The notes under the pieces are model-generated. The model worked only from the letters and a program-made list of their open reading frames with translations. It did no database searches and was not told where the DNA came from. 49,266 nt of DNA from positions 1-49,266 of the forward strand of contig JAUCBJ010005134.1 in the NCBI GenBank assembly GCA_032718475.1. Reading direction: 5' to 3'. The stretch's first letter is position 1, and every line of letters begins with the position of its first letter. Made by a program: the position numbers and the translations under genes. Shown piece after piece: positions 36,865-48,250 of this stretch. Origin of the DNA: Nemertoderma westbladi (lineage: Eukaryota > Animalia > Xenacoelomorpha).

Positions 36865-39800
36865 TTATTTTCGTAATTTCTTGTTTTCCTTGCCCTTTCC
36901 TTTGCCTTTAGTAACCGGTGCAACGGTAGCTATTCCTTTCGCGGCATCCCATTTGGCCTTCAAGGCCTTCGCTTCCTCTAGGGATCTTCTCTTAACGTCC
37001 TTGACGTGCTCAGGACACAACCAGCGTTCCTTTTCCATGTCCTTCTTGTTGGGCATTCCAATGCAATGTACATGTCCCCATACCCTGAAACACCATAACA
37101 AAATAAATGCTTGTGTTATTAGAATTGTAATCACAATGAAAGGCAACAGGAGCAACAAAAAGTATGCTAGTGATTAAAATAAAAAAATATGTATTGCCCC
37201 CCCCCCCCACGAAACCCAGCACCCACCCCACGCTACACCACTGGCGAATATGTATACTCACTGGCACTCCTTGAACCCATTCCTTTGCTTGTCTCTACCG
37301 TCACAACCAACCCAGTCGCGATTGTAGAGCTCGAAGTCTTCGTTACTTTCAAATACCACCTTGCATATAAAGCATATTTGGTCGTCTAGAATGCTATTAT
37401 TTCCACTTGCTTGGTTCTAAAATTGGACAAAAAATATGATAATTTAATTACATATTTACATTGCACAAATACATGAAATAAATGGTTTCGCAACCCCCCC
37501 CCCCCCCCCCCTTCCCATTTCACGTCATGACGTACTTTACATGTTATTGTAGGTAATGATGCCTTGCTTCCTATATTTAAGGCCTAAATTTTACAGATTG
37601 TATTTATAGTATAGTTCAAAATGATGGCCACTTACGAACTGTGCCGTACTGAAATATTAAACTTATACATGTAAATTACAACTACAGTACATGGGATGGG
37701 AATGAGCTCCAACACTTACCCCTTCTACATATTTCCTCGGAGAAAAGGAAAATCGACGAGGATTTGCGGCTTTCTCTCTCCTCTGGGGAGTCTTGGACTT
37801 CGGAGTAACGATGGATTCTTCCCGTTTTAATCGTTCTGCCAAAAGCCTGGCGGCATCACCAGCTGCATATGTCTGTGTATTGTCTATTGCATTGGAATTA
37901 CCGATCGTCACTATCAGGATGCTGTCCCCGGTTTTACTCGTGTAATTCATAGCCTTAAAATTAAAATAAATAAGATTGTGGGGCGAGCCACGAAGTTGGC
38001 GGAGCCTTAGCGAATTGACACTGTTAGGGGGTGGGTCAATTTATGCAAATAGTTGTCGTCGTCGTCGTCGTCGTCGTTGTCGTCGTCGTCGTTGTCGTCG
38101 TCGTCGTTGTCGTCGTCGTTACGATTTTGACATGCTAATAACTTTGTCGGATTTAAAGCTGCCAAGTTGAAAATTTGTAGGTATCAATATGAGCAAAAGT
38201 TGAGATTTTTGAGAGACTTTCAGACACCATCAGTGCAATGGTCTCCCGCTAGAGGGCCACATGTCTAAACATTAAATGGCCACCCATTTCTTTGCTTTTA
38301 ATCCGTTTAAGCTGAAACTTGGGAAGTATGTACTAGACCATTAGCTGTAAATTTCAAAGGAGGCTAATCTGTCTGCAGTTCTCCAGTCTGCCGCTAGAGG
38401 GCGAAATGTCCCGAATGTGAAATTATTCTTCCATTTAGTTGTTTATGATCTGATTACGCTGAAACTTGTCATATATGTACTAGATGACATCCTGAGTCTT
38501 TGTGTGGATTGTAATCGGTCCGAAGTTTTCCAGTCTGCCGGTAGAGGGCCACATGTCTAAACATTAAATGGCCACCCATTTCTTTGCTTTTAATCCGTTT
38601 AAGCTGAAACTTGGGAAGTATGTACTAGACCATTAGCTGTAAATTTCAAAGGAGGCTAATCTGTCTGCAGTTCTCCAGTCTGCCGCTAGAGGGCGAAATG
38701 TCCCGAATGTGAAATTATTCTTCCATTTAGTTGTTTATGATCTGATTACGCTGAAACTTGTCATATATGTACTAGATGACATCCTGAGTCTTTGTGTGGA
38801 TTGTAATCGGTCCGAAGTTTTCCAGTCTGCCGGTAGAGGGCCACATGTCTAAACATTAAATGGCCACCCATTTCTTTGCTTTTAATCCGTTTAAGCTGAA
38901 ACTTGGGAAGTATGTACTAGACCATTAGCTGTAAATTTCAAAGGAGGCTAATCTGTCTGCAGTTCTCCAGTCTGCCGCTAGAGGGCGAAATGTCCCGAAT
39001 GTGAAATTATTCTTCCATTTAGTTGTTTATGATCTGATTACGCTGAAACTTGTCATATATGTACTAGATGACATCCTGAGTCTTTGTGTGGATTGTAATC
39101 GGTCCGAAGTTTTCCAGTCTGCCGGTAGAGGGCCACATGTCTAAACATTAAATGGCCACCCATTTCTTTGCTTTTAATCCGTTTAAGCTGAAACTTGGGA
39201 AGTATGTACTAGACCATTAGCTGTAAATTTCAAAGGAGGCTAATCTGTCTGCAGTTCTCCAGTCTGCCGCTAGAGGGCGAAATGTCCCGAATGTGAAATT
39301 ATTCTTCCATTTAGTTGTTTATGATCTGATTACGCTGAAACTTGTCATATATGTACTAGAAGACATCCTAAGTCTTTGTGTGGACAGTAATCGGTCCGGA
39401 GTTTTCGAGTCTGCCGCTAGAGGGCGAAATGTAGGAAAGTGATAACCTTCGCGAATTCCTTGATCTTAATCTATTTAAGCTGAATTTTGGAATATACAGT
39501 ACCGGTATGTACTAGACCACATGCCTCGTCTTTGTGAGGAAGGTGATCGATCCGTAGTTCTTTAATATACCGCTAGAGGGCTAAATGTATGAAAGTGAAA
39601 ACCTTCCAACATTTCGTTATTTATGATCCGTCAATCGGAAACTTGGTAGATATGTAATAGACCATAGGCTGTGGCTTTGTAGGGAAACTAATCCTTCCTT
39701 CTTCAGTTACCCAGTCTCCCGCTAGAGGGTTAACGTTTTCCGGGAAAATCTTCTCCTATGTTTTTATAATCCTTTCGAGTTGATACTTAGCATTAACTCA

Positions 39801-40571
39801 TTTCACGTGCTGCGCGAAGGCCCCACTTCGTGTAGTAATAGTAATACATATATGGGGGCGGTGGTTCGAATGATTTCAATTCTAGAGCCGCCACAGGTGG
39901 ATATTGTAAAATATGTACTTATAAATATATAATATATTTCTTACCTCCTCATTATATCGCCGTTTTGAATTTGTCTTAAATCGCGTTAATTGACTTCCAC
40001 TCAATAATTTAATGCTATGCGGACCAGAATGATGGTTGGTTTTATGACCGACGTTATTACTTCGCGAACCCAAAACCAAGTCACGTTTAGTATGTATCGG
40101 TGCTGTTCGGCGTTGTAAGTTCCTTGCTTTATTGAACAATAAAGCCTTATATTTTTTATCACTGGTGTTCGCGGCTTTATTTTTTAGAGATTTAATAGCA
40201 CTTCTTCTAATATCCACGGTATCGGAATTCACCGATGCGAAAGAGAAACATGATGATGTCTCTTCTACCTCTGGTACTGGTCCTGGTCCCACTATAGCAC
40301 CTGATAGCGATGATGAATTGGATTCATCCTCTTCGTGGCGTATGGGCTGTAGGCCTATGCGGTTATCCTCCTCATTATCTATAACATGATACTCCATGTA
40401 TCCCTCCACAGTGCTTGGGACATTACATTCGATTTCTTCGCATCCGAAATCTGAGTCGGTTTGTGCTTGGCGAAATTGTGACGTCGCACTGAACAAAAAT
40501 GAGTTTTCATTGGTTTGGTGGTTTAGAATTGCGTTTGTCGTATGTAAGAGCTTTAAATATGTATGATCCAT
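36865..40571 (-). CDS. PHD-finger protein, 4 exons (40571-39945, 37953-37720, 37416-37262, 37084-36865), 411 aa
   Basis: All junctions GT-AG and in frame; spliced PHD: CFIC...DWVGCD...ECQVWGHVHC...WLCPEH; acidic/Ser-rich N-terminal half, Lys-rich C-terminus. Confidence 0.8.
37978..39832 (+). mobile_element. Helentron/HINE-like element with internal tandem repeats, in intron 1 of the PHD gene
   Basis: 5' TTGTGGGGCGAGCCACGAAGTTGGCGGAG, (GTC)n at 38053-38120, central tandem array, 3' hairpin CGCGAAG-GCCCCA-CTTCGTG. Confidence 0.75.
38246..39731. repeat. 292-bp higher-order repeat (145+147-bp monomers), 4 near-identical dimers plus diverged monomers
   Basis: AGAGGGCCACATGTC at 38251, 38543, 38835, 39127; the alternate monomer AGAGGGCGAAATG lies 145 bp after each. 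Confidence 0.95.
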
Positions 40572-40660
40572 TAGTACAGTAGTATTACAATATTAAACAA
40601 TGTACTGTAAAGCTGTAAAGGTTGCAGTAGAAACTAAATCAAGATCTAAGATAGTTTTAA

Positions 40661-40998
40661 GCCCGGTTTAGCGACACGCCTTGCTTCTTTGTGTGTTACT
40701 TTCACAGCTCTCTCCCAGCGTACGCCAGAACTCAAAGCGTTCCGTTTTAGCGAAAAAAAAAACACTAAAAAAGTTTTCACAGCAACATATAACTGTTTTA
40801 ACAACATACAGTACTCCATTCAGTTCAGGTATTTAAATGTACTGTATGTACTGTATATGTTACTGTATTTAAATTCCTATCTATTGTATCTACTTAATTA
40901 ATTAAATTCTGTAACGCATTAACGTTAGTCGTTAGTCTAACGTTCTCGCTAAACATTTAATTGTTTAAAGCAAAAGCAAAGCGTGTCACTAAACGGCC
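40661..40998. mobile_element. MITE (PIF/Harbinger-like) immediately upstream of the PHD gene
   Basis: Imperfect TIRs GCCCGGTTTAGCGACACGCCTTGCTT / AAGCAAAGCGTGTCACTAAACGGCC. Confidence 0.6.
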
Positions 40999-42128
40999 TC
41001 TACCTACAGTTTATATTCAGATAACAGGATAAAGGCTAATGGGGATAAACGGACTATGTGTGTCAAGTTTTCTGAAACTCGTCTGCACTCCACAGCTCAG
41101 TCAAATATTATATAAGATTGTGTGTAAATGTCAGGGACAGCAACATACTGTAAGAGGTCCGCTAGCTGGAGGTAGCATATCCTAAGCCATACAAAGGGAA
41201 AGTCCCGAGTGCTGCTATGACACAGCCTTTTAATTCAACTGTAATTAACCAGTCTAGCACCTTGCCATAAGGGAGCCGGGTTATCGCCCGCCCATAGGCT
41301 CCAAGCGCTCAGTGGTCATTTCCGTTGGATAGGCGCTAGACAACAGGCGCCGCAAATTAGACAACAGCCGTTTATGGAAACACGCATATGGGAAGCCCAC
41401 CAACAAACTTATAGCTAGCTACCTATGGATTGGAATGTGGTAGTTAGCTTGAAGTGGGTTTCGTGTGTGTATCCCTGTCAGATATTTATTTGATAGATAT
41501 TAGGGATACACCCATAGGATATTAGGTGGCAAGCCGCAAGCGAGAGATAGAAAACAAGTGTACAAATATGATAATGAAAAATCACGACAAAATCAAATTG
41601 ATTTTAAGACCATATAGGTTTATTGGGATGCTGACCACGAATATGACACTCAAAAATGACACAAAAATTCACCTATTGAGTAATTTGATTCTGCGAATAA
41701 CTCAAGATAGATTGTAGGACTGTTTTGCTGACATGTTATCTCCAATCGGATTAAAACCGATAAAACCGAATCGTTTATAAATAATATATAATAAGGTGTT
41801 TTATAAAAATGAATAATTGTGGAATGACTTTTCTAAGATTTGAACCAGCGCAGCCCAATAATGCCTTATGAATACATAATTTTGCTACAGTTATAACATT
41901 ATCAGCTCAACTTCAATTTATTTATGTAAAAACACCCCGGCAGCAGAAATCGAGCTTAATACGTACTTACTATGTGTACTGTAGTGTAATTCCCCCCGCT
42001 TCACATTAACATAGGCCTATACTAGAATCATGTTGGACCTCTGTTAGAGATATGAGATATTGAGTGAATTTGTACAGTTCCATTACCAACCTCAACCAAT
42101 GTATTTTATTAACAATGCAATGTCGTTG

Positions 42129-43290
42129 AGTTAGCACTGTTAGTTCTGTGGTCGCAAAATATTCAAATCAAACACAAATTCCAATAATGGTATCATGCAA
42201 TGAATTATCTTGTATGCAAAGTTAAATCACACCACCAAAACTACGATATTTATATTTGTGCCGGAACAAAATCGTGTCCTCATCACCCTGCAGAACATAG
42301 TGGGTGTAAAGGTGTAAATGCCGACAACCTATACCTGGAACCGTTTATAAGATAATAATTTAAACTATGACCTATGTGATCTCGCTCGACTGATATTTTT
42401 TGTTTTATTTGGAATAATCAGCAAAATCTTACACATCAACTGTAACCTGGCTCTTTCCATCAATTGACAATGTTGGTGTGAGTAGGCCTACAGCGTTACT
42501 TGACACCCGCAGAATATATATTAATTATTATGGTTAAAGTTTACAACTTTGATATCTCATACTGTATTCCAAATAATTATACTAATTCAGTAACAGGACT
42601 TTTGAGAGATACTGTAGTAAGATCGTCGTGGCATAAGTGATCTCTGCCGTAACGCCGTACGCCGCGGACCATTCGTCATTCCCCCCCCCCCCCCCCCCCC
42701 CCCCTTCCGTCAAAGTTCCAAGTAAGTCCATTTCAGAAATAAATATAAATAAATTTATCATATAGATTTCTCCACAATAATTAAAAAGTGGGGTTAGCAC
42801 TATGGGTAATCTGGTGTCTAGAAATATTCAAAGAAAAACAAATAATGATATCATGCAATGAATTATCTTGTATGCAAAGACAATTTTAGATATAAGTTAT
42901 CAATTAACACACCACCAAAACTACGATTTTATAATTGTGAACAAAATCGTTTATAATTGTGAACAAAATCCCTGGAACCGTTTTTAATTTAGGTTAATTA
43001 ATTATAACTATAACATATGTGATCTCGACTGACATTTTTTGTTTTAATTGTAATATTCAGCAAAATCATCCACATCAAATGTAACCTGACCCTTTCCATC
43101 AATTGACAATTTTGGTATCAGTAGGCCTACAGCGTTATTTACACCCGCAGAATATTATATATAATATTATGGCTAAGTTTTAGTTTATCATATAGACTTC
43201 TCCACAATAGTTATAAAGTGGGGTTAGCACTTTGGGAAATCTGGTGTCTAGAAATATTCAAAATTAACACACTATCCAATATGATGGAGA
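42129..43290. repeat. Diverged tandem duplication (~430-bp unit, ~2.1 copies; first copy carries insertions)
   Basis: GTTAGCACT...AAATATTCAAA at 42129, 42793 and 43223; ATCATGCAATGAATTATCTTGTATGCAAAG in both full copies. Confidence 0.8.
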
Positions 43291-43878
43291 GACTTCCCCT
43301 ATCTGGTTGCTGCGACATTGATGTGTAAAATAGTTAGTACAATAATGTATTTGCCGGCACCTCAAAGTTTAAAAACGTTAGGACTATACCGAGGAAAATT
43401 GGCGTTAGCAGTTTACGAAATCTGTGGGAATGGGGGGGGGGGGGGGGGGGGGGGGTTTACATCTTGTATTCCTGTTACAAAAGGATTAAGGCTTGCTTAG
43501 CCTGATACTGAATGTTGTTATATAAACACACACTGGTTGAGTTTGACATAAATTAATTATCGGACTATAGTAATAGTCTAAAGCTATAAAGACGACGACC
43601 ACCTGGGCTTTGCTTGTACTGTACAGTTGTGAGTTAACAGGCTACTGTAGCCAGTCCAGCAGGGAGCTGAAGCCAGAGCGACCCCCCCCCCCTCGCCCGC
43701 CCCCAGGCCACTGTATTTGAAGTGTGTTTGTGTTGAATTTAGCCAACATGCACTTAACATTACTGGGCTGTGATGTACTGTAAGTCTAATCCAAAATGCT
43801 AGGTTGCTTTCCTTGGACTCTCACTATCAACGACCACATTGGCTTTGGCTTTCCCTAACCACAGATAACACAGCCTAA

Positions 43879-44434
43879 GGGGCCGTCCAAGTATGACGTC
43901 AGCACTTTAGGGGGGGGAGGGGGGTTGGGAAAATCTGATGACGTGCTGATGAGGGGAGGGGAGGGGGTCAGCCAAAATCTGACGTCAGCATGTTCATTTA
44001 TAGGTGCTAGAAGAGATATAGCAGAAGAGTAAATAGCTTGCCTATTTTAATTGTTCGAAGCCCCCGAAGGCCCGTAGCACGACCTTCTGTTTCAGTTACC
44101 AGTCATAATGTTTCAGTGATTAGGACGTGTGCTACTGGGGTTCGCCTGAAAATGAAACATTAATCCTAAGCTAATGATTGTTAGAGACTGCAGAACCGGT
44201 ACCTCTACCGGTTCATATTATAGGCCTATTATTTTATAATAGTTTATTACAAAAAATTTTTTGAATCTGATTTATGGGAGGGGGGGGGGGGGGGGGGGTG
44301 GGGTCAACGCCTACCTGATGACATCTGATTTAGGGGAGGGAGGGGGTCAACGCCTATCTGATGACATCTGATTTAGGGGAGGGAGGGGGTCAACATTTTG
44401 GGGAAAAGTGCAGACGTCATACTTGGACGGCCCC
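43879..44434. mobile_element. PIF/Harbinger (Tourist-like) MITE
   Basis: TIR GGGGCCGTCCAAGTATGACGTC / GACGTCATACTTGGACGGCCCC with TAA TSD on both sides. Confidence 0.92.
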
Positions 44435-45329
44435 TAAGGCGACATGGGCTGTGCTTGTAACAGCTAAGGCCTGAAGGTTAAATTAAATTCATTCAATCTG
44501 CGATTCGCCGACTTTAGGACATTCATCATTAGAAATATATAAGAGGGTGAGATGAGTCTGGAGTTTTTAACTGTCCCGGTCTGCCGGTATGAACTTCGTT
44601 AAAAAAATTAATTTTTAATCGATTAATTTCTGCCAACTGGGGCCATCTTCAGGATAGCAATAATATATAAATTGTTACTTTATTTACATGTTACAGAGTT
44701 ACGACTACATTGCACTCTCCTTGCCCCTGTTTGAAGGAGCAGATGAAAAGTATAATTACATTATGATTAGCAAACCGCACCACAAAATTTGCAGTTGTAC
44801 AGTACCATTAATTAGAAGGGTGCGAGTAAATTAGCCGACTTTGACTTGTAGTATTGAAGTTAAAAGACGTACGACGACGACCTAAAGAAAGACCAATGAC
44901 TGAATGACGCATTACCAGTCATAATCAATTAGATTAGAGGCTTAAATGTCAGATATTTTAAATTTTATTCATTTATTTTATTATTACTTCCTTTATGACG
45001 ACAAAGAAATCAACCCATCAATACACAAACAAATTAAAACATTACTACATTATATTTTACATTAAATAAATATATTATATTGTTATACATTTATACTAAC
45101 TTAATTTCATTGTCAATAATGTCAACAATAATTATTAATCATATTTTGGGTATAGCGAAACATTCAGTATCAGAATGCTGCTTGCCAACAGAACAGGGAT
45201 AGGGGAACCCACAACCAACCATTAACATCTTTAATTCACATAGGTACACTTGTAAACACACACATACTGTAGGCCTAACCTACTGTATAAAATAACTGCC
45301 AATCATTTTTACGCTTGACCAGAATCACG

Positions 45330-45501
45330 CACTGAGACATAGAACATCGGCTCAACAGGTGTGTTTAGTCGGCATCCTTTGATCATTGTTACAGTAAAAC
45401 GTCTCAAATGGCAACCAAATTAGGTTGACACTTTATATATTTGTCAACCTAATCAGGTTGTCGGCGTCAACCTAATCTGGTTGACTGTTCTACACTCAGT
45501 G
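45330..45501. mobile_element. Small CACT-ended MITE-like element upstream of UCH
   Basis: CACTGAG...TAGAACA / TGTTCTA...CTCAGTG inverted ends; internal repeated TCAACCTAAT motifs. Confidence 0.45.
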
Positions 45502-45717
45502 TAGGCCTAGGTAGCTGTACAGATGTAGGCCCACTACTCAGCTACTGTACTACTTTCTGACTTGTCGGTAACCTGCTTGACAATAAAATTTAGACTGAGA
45601 CTCTAATATACAGTAATTATTAACAGTTGGCAGTGCGGTTGACCTTTGCGCGGACCTTCACAATAACAATAAGAATACCGGTACCGGTCTGGTACTGAAT
45701 ATCAGAATATAGTCACC

Positions 45718-46422
45718 ATGGAAACGAAACAATCGTCAAAGATTCGGTGGTTGCCCCTGGAATCCAACCCGGAAGTGATGAACAAATACGTAGAGAGTCT
45801 GGGAGTCCATGGTCCCTTCAAGTTCTGCGACGTTTACGGTCTGGACTCTGAACTACTAGCGTTCCTCCCGCATCCCGTGAAGGCGGTCCTCTTACTGTTT
45901 CCCATCAGCTCAGAGAGCGCAACCTACAGGGAGCAAGAGAAGAAGCGACTGATAGCGGATGGTAAGTCCGTCTGCCCTCCGGAGGTTTACTTTATGAAAC
46001 AAACTGTAGGCAATGCCTGCGGTACGGTTGCCATAATCCATGCCGTAGCGAACAATGTTACACATATGAAGGTTGACGGAGGGTTAGCGGACTTCCTTAA
46101 GACCACGTGGTCTATGAGTCCAGACGATAAGGCTGTCGCTCTGGAGAAGGACCAGCTTATCGCCGAGGCTCATGGTGACTCCGCCCTAGAGGGACAGACC
46201 GAAGCTGTAGATCAATCCGTCGACTCTCACTTTATAGTACTGGTTAACGTTAAGGGAATTATTTACGAGTTGGATGGGCGTAAAGATTTCCCTATAAACC
46301 ACGGTTCCACCTCCGAGGATACGTTTCTAAGCGACGCCGCCAATGTTGTCAAGGAGTTTATGAGTCGGGACCCGGATAACGTTAACTTCAATGTTATCGC
46401 TCTGGCCCCACCTGCAGTTTAA
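45718..46422 (+). CDS. Uch: Ubiquitin carboxyl-terminal hydrolase (UCH-L1/L3 family, peptidase C12), intronless, 234 aa
   Basis: WLPLESNPEV, MKQTVGNACGT (oxyanion Gln and catalytic Cys), DSHF (His), YELDGRK (Asp); good Kozak GTCACCATGG; AATAAA near 46695. Confidence 0.97.
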   Translation: METKQSSKIRWLPLESNPEVMNKYVESLGVHGPFKFCDVYGLDSELLAFLPHPVKAVLLLFPISSESATYREQEKKRLIADGKSVCPPEVYFMKQTVGNACGTVAIIHAVANNVTHMKVDGGLADFLKTTWSMSPDDKAVALEKDQLIAEAHGDSALEGQTEAVDQSVDSHFIVLVNVKGIIYELDGRKDFPINHGSTSEDTFLSDAANVVKEFMSRDPDNVNFNVIALAPPAV

Positions 46423-47631
46423 TCTCGACGCTTTAATTATTTAATTACTTTCGAGATGTCTTCCTTTGTGTCTCTGATTTATTTAATCGTCTTAGCTCTG
46501 TACTTTCTAGTTCCTCTAATTCTTATTATATTGTGCTAGAACTTCGTGTATATCCCTCCCTATGTTTAAAATTTCCATTCTATGCCTGGCTTTCTTACTT
46601 CAGGTGAATTTCCATGATGTAACGCTTTATCTCACTGCAGGAGATAAAAGCAGAGTACCTTATTAATATCAATAATATACCTTATTTCCCGGTAAATAAA
46701 GTACAGTGCTATCCTGTTGTATATGATACAACCACCAATATATAAAGACAAAATAAGCAGTTCATTTTTTAAAAAGCACATCCCGGGTTATTTTTTGACA
46801 AACCACCGGTTTAGACAAAAAATACAGGTATACACCATGAACCGTAATATAGCGCCATTTTCTGACGACACGGACCATCCCCCAGATTTTTAGGCGAGTC
46901 AATCTAGCCGAAAAAGGGGGTCAACCCATAACAAATTCACAATTCATCCAAAACAATTTTTTTTATTCTACATTATCTTGTTAATACCCCCAAAAAAAGT
47001 CTATAAAAATATATTATGGGGATCACTTTCAATTTGCTGTTTCTTCCCTTAGCAACATGGATTTTACATAGCAACAAGGGGTCTACTGGTGGGATTTTCT
47101 CCAAATTTGGTACAGATAGACATCTATCGATTGACAGAAGTATGTATGCACTTATTGATAGTTACCAATTTAGTTTCCAGAGCAACGGAAATTTGTGTAA
47201 TAATTTAACCATTTTTAATACCAATTTTGGTGGTACAATATAAGGATCTTATTTACATAACTTATCTTCTAAACAGGTGGATGTAACCTCGGCAATCGGA
47301 TTTATCGACCTCAAAAACCCTTATCCCCAAAAAATTTATTTGTTATATGATAAACTATTGTGGTTTTCAAACTAAAACAAAGAAATAAATTACACCTAAA
47401 ATCAATAGAGCAGATTACAAATTTATTATGAAAAAAATATTCACTAACATTAATGGAAATTATGAAATTTCCTTGCAGTGGAAATTTATGATTTTTTTTA
47501 CAACAGTTAGCTTAATATATCGTGAAGTTTTTGATATATTTCAAAATTTGATGCGACTTCTAGTTTCCGAGATATAGCAATTAATGTATAACACGCCAGT
47601 GTAAATATTACTAATATCCCATTAAATCACA

Positions 47632-47897
47632 GCTTATTGAATGGGAGAATCTTTTAGGCTCGTTAAGCCAAGGAATGCCTGTTCACCACCATGGGTGATC
47701 TTCCACAGTAAACCCTTCCACTCTGTTTCCCAAGTTGCCTTGGTTCCCATTTGTCGACCACTGAAGGATGAAAGCCGGGGTTGGGCTAGGCTGCAGCATT
47801 TAAAGCACTGTGCCCAAACAGTGCTGCCCCATCTAGGGATCGAACCCGGGCTCCCTAATCGGAAGCACAGTAATGTCACCACTAGACCAAGCTGCTG
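47632..47897 (-). mobile_element. tRNA-derived SINE with Deu/Nin-like domain
   Basis: Minus strand: A-box TGGTCTAGTGG, B-box GGTTCGATCCC, then CCGGCTTTCATCCTTCAGTGGTCGACAAATG. Confidence 0.75.
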
Positions 47898-48044
47898 CTT
47901 GTGGAATTAATTAAATTATTCTGGAACATCTCTATGGGAGAGTGTTAGTCAATGAGGTGAGCTTATTGAGGAACATCCAATTAGAAGCCCAGAAATACTT
48001 CCATGGGCTAAAACGCAATTGGATCCGAATTGGAAATATGCCTC

Positions 48045-48250
48045 CGGAGGTAGTGGGTTCGATCCCCGCATGGGAGTCAGGGCGCAGTTTTCGTTTCGGC
48101 ACGAATGCTTTAAAGGGACTAGCCAGGGCGCATCTCTGCCTTGTATCTTTAAATATGATAGCTATCTAAATCAATAGGGCCTATACAGTAGGCAGTGGAT
48201 TTTCCTCCGGGGAGTATAGTTCTGGGGGTACCGCTCTGGAAATAAGTCGT
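48045..48250 (+). mobile_element. SINE fragment
   Basis: B-box GGGTTCGATCCC; downstream TATAGTTCTGGGGG...CTGGAAATAA also found at 11836-11866. Confidence 0.5.

Noticed and set aside
31450-41520. TIRs for the Academ-like element
   Set aside because: Only weak matches (e.g. CCCTTACAG at ~31815 versus CTGTAAGAGG at ~41148); no TSD support.
46622-46651. Hairpin GCTTTATCTC...GAGATAAAAGC in the UCH 3' region
   Set aside because: Single short stem with no family features; cannot be distinguished from chance or a repeat end.
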